A program made the translations under genes and the position numbers. Positions 25,894 through 38,135 of a stretch of DNA of 64,000 nucleotides are shown piece after piece (position 1 is the first letter of the stretch; each line of letters opens with the position of its first letter). The DNA lies in NCBI GenBank assembly GCA_043228905.1, contig JBHGNT010000014.1:9796001-9860000 (forward strand). The letters are read 5' to 3'. Below the pieces are notes generated by a model that did no database searches, had not been told where the DNA came from, and worked only from the letters and a program-made list of their open reading frames with translations. The DNA comes from Azolla caroliniana (lineage: Eukaryota > Plantae > Polypodiophyta).

Positions 25894-28800
25894 AGACGGT
25901 ACCCGGACTGCCAAGGGAACTAGAACCACTGTTGCCACAACTGGAAGGGAAAGAATCGTCGGGAAGAATGTTGGGAACCGCCCAAAGAATACCGAAGGGA
26001 GACGAATACAGAAACGATCGTCCTAGTTCCGCAACCGGAGCAATGTAGACTGGAAGAAACAAACTGGATGAATTCTAGTAGTAAGCAGGGCACGATGGAT
26101 AAAGGATCTAATCAAGTAATAATCGTAGGGTTTACTGCTACTATTGCCAGAAGGAAGGACATTATAGTAGTCAGTGCCCAGTCAAGACTAATGAAAAGCA
26201 AACCGGTGGTGAATATGGTAATCACAGAGGTGACTGACGTTCAACAAGTCACCACAAGAGCTAAAGGCAAAACTACCGAGTGGGAAATTCAAGAGGCCAT
26301 CTGGAAGCAGGCTACCAAATGGATATAGAAGGCTAATGAACGGAATGTGGCCGACTTGCATGAGCAGCTCAAACCCCCGGAACCGGTAGAGACCACGGAC
26401 GAGGACCCGACATGGCAAGCGTTACAAGAATGTCAAATTATTCTACCATTAGGACAGTTATTGCAATTAGTTCCCTGATTTACGGAAGGATTGAAACCGG
26501 TGGTAGCACCACAAAACGTCGAGCCAACACCGCCATTTTTCTCCAATCTAGAGGATGGACCGGCAGTGGTCGACACAAGTTGCCCAACTATTATGACAAT
26601 AGGGATAGAAGTGCCCAGAACAATTGTGGACGACGGGTCCGGCATGAACGTGATTAAACAATACTTATGTGATACCTTGGGTATCCGGGAATGGGAACCA
26701 TGCCCATTCTGGTTATGGATGGCGGATACAAGTTCGGTTCGGCCAACTGGACTAATCCGGGAATTGGAAATTGCAATCGGAGGACATGCATTCCGGATAT
26801 CCATAGTGGTCCTGCAACTAAACGCACAAGGGGCATATCCCTTGTTGTTAGGATGACCATGGCTGCGGACGACACACATCAAGCAAAACTGGCAGAAAAA
26901 TGTCATTACCTTCCAGAGAGGCAAAACAAAAGTACAAGTGTCAACACAACCTCGCACGGGCACAAGTAAGGAGCTGATGCCCCTGTATGCAAAAAACATT
27001 AATATGCTAGAGGGACTAGTAGAGGAGGAGGTCGACCAGTACCTCGATGAACATCCAAAGATAGTACCACTATTCGAAGTGGACGTTGCCGAGGCGGTTG
27101 CCCCATATATAGTGCACCCAGAAGAAGTCTGGGAAGAGCTAGATCGGGAGGCAATCCGGGAATTACGATAGGCACAGGAATCCTTGGAACAGGAAATGTT
27201 AGAGGAGGTGAACCTTGGGACCGGTGAAACACCGAAACCAGTAAACGTCGCAAAAGAAATGCAACCGGCAAAAAAATTGGCGATGGTGGAACTACTTAAA
27301 GAGTTTTGAGATGTATTTGCGTGGTCATACGAGTACATGCGAGGATTAGACCCCCAATTGTATGAACATCAGATCCATCTTAGCAAGGTTACAAAGCCGG
27401 TAGCCCAGCGACGATACCGGATGAACCCGAACTATGCAGTGAAAGTGAAAGAAGAAATCGATAAGCTACTCAACGTTGGTTTTATTTGATTGGTGAAACA
27501 AGCGACATGGCTAAGCCCAATCGTGGTTGTACCCAAGAAGAACGAAAAGATTCGGGTCTATGTCGACTAGTAGAAGTTAAATGCGGCTACGGTGACAGAC
27601 GAGTTTCCGCTACCATTTACGGATGGGGTCTTAGACGTGGTAGCCGGTCATGAGGTGTACATTTAGAGGATACAATCAGATCTGGATGCACCTTGCAGAT
27701 CAAGAGAAAACGACATTCGTTACCGAATGGGGAGTGTTCGTCGTGGTGGTGATGATGTTCGGACTCAAGACGACACTAGCGACGTTCTAGTGGATGATTA
27801 TGGAAATATTTAGGGAATACATTCCAGCCTTTATGCAGGTGTTTCGGGACGATTTCGACGTCTATAGCTGAAAGGGAGAACACCTAGACCATCTCTGGAT
27901 GTGTTTGGAAAAGTGTTGAGGTTCCCGATTGAGCTTGAATTCGACAAAGTGTGTTTTTAGAGTAACGAGCGGTACACTGCTTGGTCACATCGTGAGTAGG
28001 GACGGAATTGCTGTTCACCCAGATAAAGTGAAGACCATCTTGGAAGCTCTAGCCTCGGCAAACGCCAAAGCATTAAGTCGGTTTTTTAGGGTAGATCCGG
28101 TGGCACAGCCGGATGCTCCAGTATTTGGCCAACTTCGCCACCCCATTACATGCGGCCATACACCGAACTCCATTCCAATGGACGGAGCAAGAATATAAGG
28201 CATACCACACGTTGAAGGTGATGCTGTCACAAGCTCCGGTTGGGCAACCTCCAGATTGGACCAAGGATTTTTATGTGTATGTGGACGCGTCCGATATAAC
28301 TATTGGTAGTGTTCTCATACAGCTTACCAAACCAAGGTGGTATCGGCCAATGTACTATGCCAACCGGAAACTCTCGAAGGCCGAACAAAACTACTCTATT
28401 ATGGAGAGAGAAGCCTTGGGGATGATCTATAATGTAACAAAGTATCGCCATTACCTCCTAGGACGAAAATTTTCTTTTCATGTGGATCATTTAGTGCTGC
28501 TATACTTGGTCTCGAAAGCATCCTTAACTGGGAAATTAGCACGGTGGACATTGTTACTACAGGAGTTTGAATTTGAGATATACCATCGGCCGGGAGTGCA
28601 ACATGCGGTAGCCGACTATTTGAGCCAGTTAGAGTCCGGTGAAGCAAGAGACGGAGTTTGGGATGAGTTCCCGAATGCAGAGCTATTCAAAGTCCTAGCG
28701 GACATAGTCGTCGACGAAACGATGGCAAGTGACGATAAATGGCTCACTAACATGCAACAGTTCCTGAGCACCGGATTGCCTCCGAAAGAATTGAACTGGG

Positions 28801-30149
28801 ACGAACAGTGTCGTAAAGATTTTCGCCAACGGTGTGAAAATTGAATGGAATGTACAAAATCGAGTGTGGTTCTTCATACACAACATAAAACAATAATAAT
28901 GAAGATACTATTTTAGATTAGCTTAATATCCTAGTACGGGAAGATGGAGGTCTTCAAGAGCTTTCGAATGTCAAGTTATGTGAATGTGAAGTTTGAAAAG
29001 AAGAAGAGAAAAACAGAACCATGATCTATCCCACATAGATAGGACAAATTAGGATCCCACAGTATATAAGGAGAGCCAGAACTTATTACTTTTTGTCTAT
29101 GTGTGGAGCACAAATTTTTTTTAGGTTTAATTATGGCTTAACTACTCGTAATGGTTTTTGGAGAACCGGAACCGGTTTGAACAGACGGTGACGGAACCAA
29201 AACCAAAACCTGCACCGGAACGGATGGACGACGATGGAACTGAAAACGAAATCGGAACCGGAATCGGACGGACGACGACGGAGCCGGATCCGAAACTGGA
29301 ACCAGAACGGACAAACGACGACGGAACCGAAACCGAAACCTACACCGAAACGGACGGATGACGATGGAATTGAAACCGACACTATCACCAGACGACGACG
29401 AAACCGGAACCGACAGCGGCACCAGACGGCGAACGAACCGGAACCAGAACCAGAACCGATAGATTGGATCACCGGGTCGGAAGCGGACCGGATAGACGGA
29501 TCGATAAGATAGGTTGATCGCGACGATTTCGGTGTGAAACGGACAAAATCATCTAAACTAAAAAACCTAGTAAGAATTTGTATACAAAGGGATGTAAGCA
29601 AGGCTTGAACTTTGCACCTCTAAGATAAGAGGCAATAAACTTACCACTAAGCTAAGTCATTTCCTTAGAAATGTTTTTTCTATCATTATACTTTTACATG
29701 TAAATTCTCATATTAGAGCTTGATTAAGTGACATGGTTATCATGCATCACATGTAATGCATGAGCGCCAAATGGAAAACATGCATCACATACATTCCATG
29801 CATTGTATGCATGTCTTGTACCCTCACATGCATCATATGCATGAGGGTGTCTATAAAAGAGTGATTGAAAAAGATCCAAAGGGGGGGGGGGGGGCTATGT
29901 ATTAATGAAGAAATTAAGAGTAAGAAAATTCGTTATCCCATTTTTGTGATGTATTAATCTTGTCTCTCAATCTAAAGTCAAGCGTTCTATCTCATCTCAA
30001 TCTCTCTCTCTTTCAATCTATCTTAAATAGTTTCTCGCTAAAGCTTGTGCAAACTTCGAATCCTTCCAGTCAAGAACCCAATGGTTCCGCCTCACGATCC
30101 GCATGTAGTGATGGATCTTCACGACATAATTAAGTGGTGAACCCGACGT

Positions 30150-30305
30150 TGTCGCATTGTTACGCGCATGCGTGGAGAAAGGCGGGACCACGGGGGTCTT
30201 GGACTAGAGAGCGATGGAGCGTAGGAAGTCGTGCTTCACTGTTTCCGGGGCATCCCAGAAACACGCCGGAAGCAACCGAAGGGAGAGAGAGAGAGATTAA
30301 CACTG

Positions 30306-30355
<50 letters not shown>

Positions 30356-33300
30356 CCACACACTCGTACACACAGCTCAACTCGACTCGCGCCTTATGTA
30401 CAGAAAACGCAGGAGAGGGTAAGCACCCGACGCCAACATCGACGCGAATATACACAGACAAACGTAAATGTATATGTATGTATACATATAAAGAATACAT
30501 TCCCGGCTTCGAGCCGGACCAAGATAACTTACAACAGTCGTCTGCTGTCAAGCCGCCGTCGGGGAGCTCTCGGGCTCGTCGCGCCGAGCGGGGTCTTGCA
30601 CAGGAGATGAGCTGCAACAATCCCTAAGCGAACACGAAGGAGAAGAAGAAGAAGAAGCTCTAAACCTAACGGTATACCCTCTAATGCAAAATGGGCAACC
30701 CTTTCTCAAAGGGCGTTCCCTTCCTTTTATAGAACAAGGAAAGGGATGCGTTACAATGTGGGATAAATCCCGACTTACATGGGATTGTCTGTCCCGACTT
30801 AACTACTCTTCGGCGCCATGAAGGATCCCTCGATATTCACACTAAATGTAATGGGTGCGTACACACGCTGCACCCCGCCGATGTAGACAATGTTTCCCGG
30901 TTTCCACCTCTGGCCGAAATTCTTCACGACATCCGCCCCCACCTAACTGCATGTCCACCGGTACGTGCCAAATCTGGTTGAAGGGTGAGAGATTTCGGCC
31001 GGTGAGAAACCGGTCTCCCGTGATCCGCATCTCGGCTCGCTGCCGGTTTGATCCGTCGGCTTCGAGTCTTCCTTCGCGCTCGCCTCCTTGTAGGCTCGTT
31101 CGACCCATCGATGGGTCCTCTGCCGCGATCTCCATAGTACGCGTTCTTCCGTTGGCCCTCGTTCGGCCGTATGAACGCCCGCTTCCCGCCGTATGCCCGA
31201 TGTCCTCCGCTTGAGGCATGCCCGTAGTGGCCCGCTTGGCCTCCGTTGTCCAAATGTGATCTCCCGATGGTTGTCCCATGTTGTTTCGCGTTGCCTTCGT
31301 CCTTCCGCCGCCACCTTCCTTCTCCATGGTCTAACATCGCCGCGTCGGCTCGAACCGCCATGGTCTCTGGAATAGCGTGGAAGATCCCTTTCCGGCCTGA
31401 TCGCGCATCGCCGCTTACCCGCGTACCGGTGTCCTTTGCATCCGAGGAACACCCCGTAGTAGCCCGCTTGGCCCTTCCCGTCTTCGTGCTGCCGTGATAG
31501 GTCCTGAGTCTTCCGCTTGCCGTCGTCCCCTCGCCCCCACCAGCTTGTCATCTCGGCTTGCCGGGTCAGTCTTCGCTACTTCGACGGAGCTACCGAGATT
31601 TACGAAGCAAGTGTGGAGGATCCTCCTCCGGCCTCTCTTGCCATCCCCTGACTCCGACCCTGTGCAGTCCACTAGGCACTTGTCACGTCGTTCCCGGCAC
31701 CTCCCTCGTGCCGTCTTCTGCTTCTTTTGTTCGGCACCGCCCGTGCCGAACACCGTCCCGTTGTCACGCTTCGATCCGGCCCGCGATGGCCACTTGCGAG
31801 ACTCATGTTCTGTCCAAGGTGTGCCTTTCCGGCCTAACACACCTCTCCGTGTTTGACCTTACCGGCTCCTTCCGAAACCTCGTGTCGTTGGGTCCCGTTC
31901 CCTGCCGCCACCGTCCTTCTCCCTCGGTCTCACGTTGCCACGTTGGCCGAACTGCCGGAGTCTCCGGATCAGTGTGAGGGTCCCATAGGACCGGACTCCA
32001 TCTCTATGCTTGCCAAAATTCGGGTGTCTTTTGTTTGAGTCCCTCTCGGACTCTACTCGTGTCTTCCGCGTAGCCGGGTCCCGTTTCCCGCCGCCACCTT
32101 CCTTCTCCCTCGGTCTTACGTTGCCACGATGGCAGCACAACCGGAGTCTCGGGAACCGGTGTGGGGATCCCGTAGGACCGGACTTCCTTACGCCCATTGT
32201 CTTCGTCACCTCGCCGCCATCGTCAGTATCTTGGTCTTACGTCGACTGCGTTGCCGACTGCCGAAGTCTCTAGAACTGGTGTGAAGGATCCTCCGTAGAC
32301 CGCCGATCCGTAGCCCCTTTTGTCTTCGTCACCTCGCCGCCACCGTCAGTATCTTGGTCTTACGTCGACGGCGTTGCCGACTGCCGAAGTCTCTAGAACC
32401 GGTGTGAAGGATCCTCCGTAGACCGTCGGTTTGTCTTCTTGACCCTGTCCCGGGTCGTCCTTTTCCGCATGCCGAGAGGGCGTTTTACTCCGCACCCTCT
32501 CCCGTGGTACCGACGTACCGTGTCCTCGGCCTCTTCGTAGGCCTGCTCTCTTCCTCCCTCCTGGAATGGTTATCCGGGAGCCCGCTCCGCCTGGTTCTCG
32601 TTCGTAATCTCGACCTTTGCCCGGTCGGTCTTTCTCCCCATGTAAAAGAGGGCGGCTCATCCCACACCCCCTCCTGTATCGGCACCTTTATGCCGGGTCC
32701 GGCCTCGATCGAACGGCCCACGACCGGATCACGCTCCACCCGTATCGGAATGCCGATCTCCACGTGCCGTGTCCGTCCTCGGCCTCCTCGCAGGCCCTTT
32801 CCCATCCATCTTCGTTGGCATCGTGCCAAGACTCCTCGGTACCGCCATCCATCTCCTCGGTCTTACATGGGCATACGGGCCCGAATGCCGAGTTCTCCGG
32901 AATCGGGTCCGTGGGCTTTCGTCAGCTCCTTCCCCGTATCGTCTCGCCGGTGATTCTTGGCCTTTCGCTGCCGCTTTCCTCCGCTTGGGACTCACGTGGG
33001 CACTCGGGCCCGACTGCCATTGTCTCGGGAGCAAGTGTGGGAAGACACAAAGAATCGCCCGTCTGTTTTACGCCCTTGTCCGTAGCCACCGACTCTTCGT
33101 GGTCGGCGGTCATTTTCTTACCGATCGCGCAAGCCCCATCTGGGCTTGCTTCTCCAATGACCCGAATCTCGGGCTGACATGCCCGAAACCGCTGGTCCCA
33201 ACGTTCCGATTCCGCGATCGGTATCTCGGCCTCGTCCTTGGCCGTTCTATCTTTGCAAGTCGAGAGGGCGTTTCGTTCCGCACTCTCTCCCGTGGTACCG

Positions 33301-34319
33301 TGGTACCGATCTTCCGCCGTCGCGTGGGACAAGTCCGTCTCCTCGGTCTCAGCTTCTGGCCTCGATCCTCCCTCTTCCTCGAGGATCGCTTTGAGCGCTG
33401 CGTACGCCTCCGCAATCCTGGCCCCAACGCCGACCCTTGCCGACTCCCTTTGCCGTTCGGCCTCTTCCCGCTGTGATGGCACGCCGTCGCGTACCTTCCT
33501 CTTAGCCTTCTCGGCTCGCTCGTTGTCTAGCCTTTGGCACACCCTTCCGACCTTCGACCAGTCCTTCGTAAGCCCATTCGCTCCATCATCGTCTTCGAGC
33601 TCAATCCCGATGGCTTCCCGTTCCGCTCGGTCGATCGACCTAACGAACAAAAGGACTTTGTCCGCCCCCACCAAACCTTGTTCCCGCTCTGGGAGCCGAG
33701 CAAGTCGTTGCTCGAACTCCCGGAACGCCTTTGTCGCACCCCGGTGGGTCTTTGCCGATGCTACCCACTGGTCGAAGTCGTGTCGTCCCCGGCTCTTCCG
33801 CCGTCCTCCGAATGCCTTCAGGAGCACCTCTTCGAAGGCCTCCCACGAACTATGAGCCTCACGGAGCTCCTTTACTTCCGCATGCATCCGGACAGCTACG
33901 ACCCGACAGAAGAACTCCAGCCTCAATGCCTCGTCTACGCCATGCTCCTCCATTTCCGTGTTGTAGGCTTCCAAATAAGATGGGACTTTGTCCCCGTTGA
34001 AACGGCCGACTCTTTCGACCACTCGCTCAACCGCTTGTTGCGCTGCTTCTCGTCTCATCACCACTCGTGCCGACTCCAACACCACTTCGGCCACCATCTC
34101 TGCAAGGTCGTCGTCTTCCGACTCCATCCTCCCTTGCCGCCTTTCACGTCGGGTTCACCAAATATGTCGCGTTGTTACGCGCGTGCATGGAGAAAGGCGG
34201 GACCACGGGGGTCTTGGACTAGAGAGCGATGGAGCGTAGGAAGTCGTGCTTCACTGTTTCCGGGGCATCCCAGAAACACACCAGAAGCAACCGAAGGGAG
34301 AGAGAGAGATTAACACCGA

Positions 34320-34352
<33 letters not shown>

Positions 34353-34935
34353 CCACACACTCGTACACACAGCTCAACTCGACTCGCGCCTTATGTACAG
34401 AAAACGCAGGAGAGGGTAAGCACCCGACGCCAACAACGACGCGAATATACACAGACAAACGTAAACGTAAACGTATATGTATGTATATATATAAAGAATA
34501 CATTCCCGGCTTCGAGCCGGACCAAGATAACGTACAACAGTCGTCTGCTGTCAAGCCGCCGTCGGGGAGCTCTCGGGCTCGTCGCGCCGAGCGGGGTCTT
34601 GCACAGGAGATGAGCTGCAACAAACCCTAAGCGAACACGAAGGAGAAGAAGAAGAAGAAGCTCTAAACCTAACGGTATACCCTCTAATGCAAAATGGGTA
34701 ACCCTTTCTCAAAGGGCGTTCCCTTCCTTTTATAGAACAAGGAAAGGGATGCGTTACAATGTGGGATAAATCCCGACTTACATGGGATTGTCTGTCCCGA
34801 CTTAACTACTCTTCGGCGCCATAAAGGCGCCCTCGATATTCACACTAAATGTACATGGGTGCGTACACACGCTGCACCCCGCCGATGTAGACAATGTTTC
34901 CCGGTTTCCACCTCTGGCCGAAATTCTTCACGACA
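30150..34935 (-). mobile_element. Element C: non-autonomous gag-only LTR element (TR-GAG-like) of the B family
   Basis: LTRs 30150-30931 and 34165-34935 with (CA)n; TSD ACGT; PBS TGGTGAACCCGACGTGA at 34144-34160; PPT GGTGGGGGCGGA; no PR/RT/INT. Confidence 0.92.
32922..34127 (-). CDS. Gag-like protein of element C (401 aa)
   Basis: Open ORF starting just after the PBS. VERVGRFNGDKVPSYLEAY and DKVLLFVRSIDRAEREAIGIELEDD align with B gag VVELEGQFDGRNITKFLDAY and DKTLYFLKAVDMKDRRELGTLLEDD. Confidence 0.75.
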   Translation of the reverse strand: MESEDDDLAEMVAEVVLESARVVMRREAAQQAVERVVERVGRFNGDKVPSYLEAYNTEMEEHGVDEALRLEFFCRVVAVRMHAEVKELREAHSSWEAFEEVLLKAFGGRRKSRGRHDFDQWVASAKTHRGATKAFREFEQRLARLPEREQGLVGADKVLLFVRSIDRAEREAIGIELEDDDGANGLTKDWSKVGRVCQRLDNERAEKAKRKVRDGVPSQREEAERQRESARVGVGARIAEAYAALKAILEEEGGSRPEAETEETDLSHATAEDRYHGTTGESAERNALSTCKDRTAKDEAEIPIAESERWDQRFRACQPEIRVIGEASPDGACAIGKKMTADHEESVATDKGVKQTGDSLCLPTLAPETMAVGPECPRESQAEESGSERPRITGETIRGRS

Positions 34936-37162
34936 ACGTGAAAGAGGTGGTAGGAAGGATCAAGTCGAGGATCAATTGATACTTGGAGATGACATCCTCA
35001 AGCAGTCAAGTGGGAGAGTTCGAAAAGATGATGCTAATTGTCGAACAAATGATGAGATCTTGGGACAACGATGCGAGCGTGGAGAAGGCTGTCGATCATG
35101 TCGTTGAGCTCGAGGGTCAATTTGATGGAAGGAACATTACGAAGTTCCTTGATGCATATAGAAGGGAGATGAATAAGAGGGATGTGTCTGAAGCGCATCA
35201 AATCACAAGTTTCAAGAAAGTGGTCGCCAACAACATCCAAAAGCGCGTCATCGAGCTTTAAGAAGGGAAGACAATGTGGTCGGAGTTCGAGAAAGCAATA
35301 TGAGCGGAGTTTGCAAAGGAAGATTTGTCGAGGATGAGTCGACATGCCTTAATGAAGTGGATAGAAAAGAAGAATAAGAGGATGAGCGCTTCAAGGGTGT
35401 ACGACGAGTTCGACCAAATGTTTCATCGTCTCCCCACCACGGACCAAGTGCTGCTTGAGGAGGACAAGACTTTGTACTTCCTAAAAGCTGTGGACATGAA
35501 GGATAGACGAGAATTGGGGACTCTTCTTGAAGATGATACCCAAGCAAACGAGCTTGTGGCAGATTGGATTACGGTGAAGCGGGCATGCAATAGGCTCGAC
35601 AAGCGTCGTGAGGGGGTTGATGACACTGACTTGGCGGGATCGACTGTTGCGGAGAAAACAAGACAACCAAAAGTAGCTGAGCCGCCCAAACAAAGCAGCC
35701 CGGAAGAAAAGAAGATTGATGACGACATCATCTAAGAACTAGCGAAGAAGTTCGAGATGGTCACGCTAGCCAACATGAATCGTCGGGGCCCCAAATGAAA
35801 AGAACCCTTTAGATGCGTGTGGTGCGATAGTATGGACCACATGAGAAGGGATTGTGCGTGCCTTCGAGATGCCATTCGACAAAATATCGTATACATGGAT
35901 GGCAACATGATATGCTCGAGTGAGACTAGAAGACCCATGTGGGTAAATTTCGGAAGAGGAGGAATGAAGAAAGCTATGGAAGATGTCGAGGTGACTCATG
36001 TGGATGCGATGCACTATGCCGTGTTGGCTAGAATAAGAGTTGGGAAAGATAAAACTGAAGCTGCGAAAGTGGGAGCAAAGTTTTGGTCTACCGTTCTCGA
36101 GTATGAGAAGAAGGGAAAAGTCACTTTGAATGAGGTAGAGCTTGCGGACCAAAGTGTACAAAGTATCACCGGATGGTCGGATCCAGTGGATGACAACACC
36201 ATACTCACGGAAGTGATGTGCAACAACCACGAGGTGTTCCTTGAAGAAAAGAGAAAAAGAATAGAAGAGCAAGGCCCATAAAAAAGACATGAAACAAGGA
36301 ATGCGAAAAAGAAAGAAGATGTAGAAACGAGTTAAGTGTTACAAACGGAGGAAGGAGACTCGAGTTGGAAAGGGGAGTCGAGGAAACGAGTTGAAGAAAC
36401 GGTTCGACCCGTGAAGGTTGGTGTTGAAGACCCCGCTTGGAAGACAAGAACTATGCCTACCTATAAGCTAAGGTCGGACATAGAGCAAAAGAAGGTTCTC
36501 GAGGAACATGTTCTCGATAGCCATGTGACCTTGTCCTTGAGGGAATTTCTCGGTATTACGAAGGAGTTCTGTGATATGATCGTGGACCTTGTGAAGAGAA
36601 AGAGGCAACAATCGAACGAGGAAGAAGAGAAACCACTAAAAGCAAAAGCGAATGCCATAACGATGGCAAGAGACGAAGTCGATGAGGATATGGTGGACAA
36701 CCACTATACTCGACCTCATTGGGCATGAGTGACAACGGAGACGCCGGTGAAGATCGTGGAGAAGAAAGAGACCGTGGTAGCCTTGATCGACCATGGCTCG
36801 GAGATCAACCTCATGCCAACCGACTTCTACAAAAAAGGAAGATGGCCAATTAATACAAACCACGGATGGAAGATTCGAGCAGCAACAAAGGCGATAGAAG
36901 ACTTGTACGGAGCTTGTCCAAATGTTGAAGTCACGATCGGGGATGTGGAGATGGATCAACACTTCTTCGTACAAGAATTGGCTTTGCATCATGTCATCCT
37001 AGGTCAACCATATATCACATCATCCTGGATGGAGACCAAGGTGTTCGATAATGGAGCAGCTTTTGCGCGGATCAAGAGTCTTGACAATCAAAGATCTGTT
37101 CAATTCCTAACGGTGCGAGCTAATCATGAAAGAAATCGAGATAGTCTTGGAGGCGAATCCTT

Positions 37163-37225
37163 GGATTTTTAGAGCGGACTATTGAAGCATGGGGCACAAA
37201 TAGTCCGAGCGATCACAAGTCCCCA
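37163..37225 (+). other. Putative -1 programmed ribosomal frameshift signal between protease and RT of element B
   Basis: In-phase G-GAT-TTT immediately before TAG, 5-nt spacer, 9-bp stem and possible pseudoknot; the -1 frame is open into ORF 37247-38218. Confidence 0.7.
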
Positions 37226-38135
37226 CAAGAAAGTAGAGCGTGTGGATTGCGAGGAGAAGCAACATGTGTCACACCTAGTGGTGCATGTAAACTAGTACTA
37301 CCCAACAAAAAGGACAAGCGTCGGATACAAGACTTTGAGAAGATAATGAAAGAAGAAAACATAATAGAAGAAGAAGAGTTCATGACTCATATTATGGAAG
37401 AAGCCTCATTTAACGACACCATCGGGGAAATCGAGGACGTCGTGGACTTGAGCTATCTTCACGATCGACACGTGATTTCGCTTAACTCCATCAACATGTA
37501 CACTATCATCGATGAATATCATCAAAGCATCTTGATGAAGGAAGCTGACATCAACACAAAATATAAAACGGTGGATAGGAAGATCAAGCCAGTTGCGATT
37601 CCGCTACCGGAAGATAGCTGGCAAAAGATGAAGGAAGACACTAAGGATCCAAGCTTAAGAGATCCAAAGGCAATAGGTCATGTCTTCACCGAAGAGACAA
37701 AAGGAAAGCTACGAGTTGGAAGGGAGGATTTCCTCCTCCTTGAAGAGGAGCAAATGTTTCGTGACATGCTTGAGAGACATGGGAAGGCTTTCGCATTTTT
37801 CCCACAAGAAATCGGATGTGCTGATCCAAGGACGATAGAGCCGATGGTGATCTTCACGGTGCCGCATGTGCCTTGGAATTTGAAACCGATACCGGTTTCG
37901 AGAGCACACCTATCGAAGCTGATCGAGCTCTTAAAGGAGAAGGTGGATATGGGAATTTTGGAACCGTCGAATGCTCCCTATTCTAATAGGTGGTTCACGG
38001 TGCCGAAAAAGAATGGATCATTGCGATTCATCCAAGATCTTCAACCTGTCAACAAGGTGACAATTCGGAATGTTGGAATCGGTCCGAGTGTGAATGAATT
38101 TGCCAAAGCGTTTGCGGGCTGGTCCATCTACTCCA

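Larger units (their letters stand above)
18936..28808 (+). pseudogene. Element A gag-protease-RT-RNaseH remnant (split by Copia-1; many stops and frameshifts)
   Basis: Zn knuckles CTTCLNPGHSTLEC, CMLCHSWSH and CYYCQKEGHYSSQC; protease IVDDGSG; RT SPIVVVPKKN...MMFGLK; RNaseH YVDASD...EREALGM...FHVDH. Confidence 0.85.

Noticed and set aside
30134-33855. Many overlapping 100-260 aa ORFs, including HTHTH/CVCVC peptides
   Set aside because: By-products of high GC and (CA)n microsatellites in element C; no recognisable domains.
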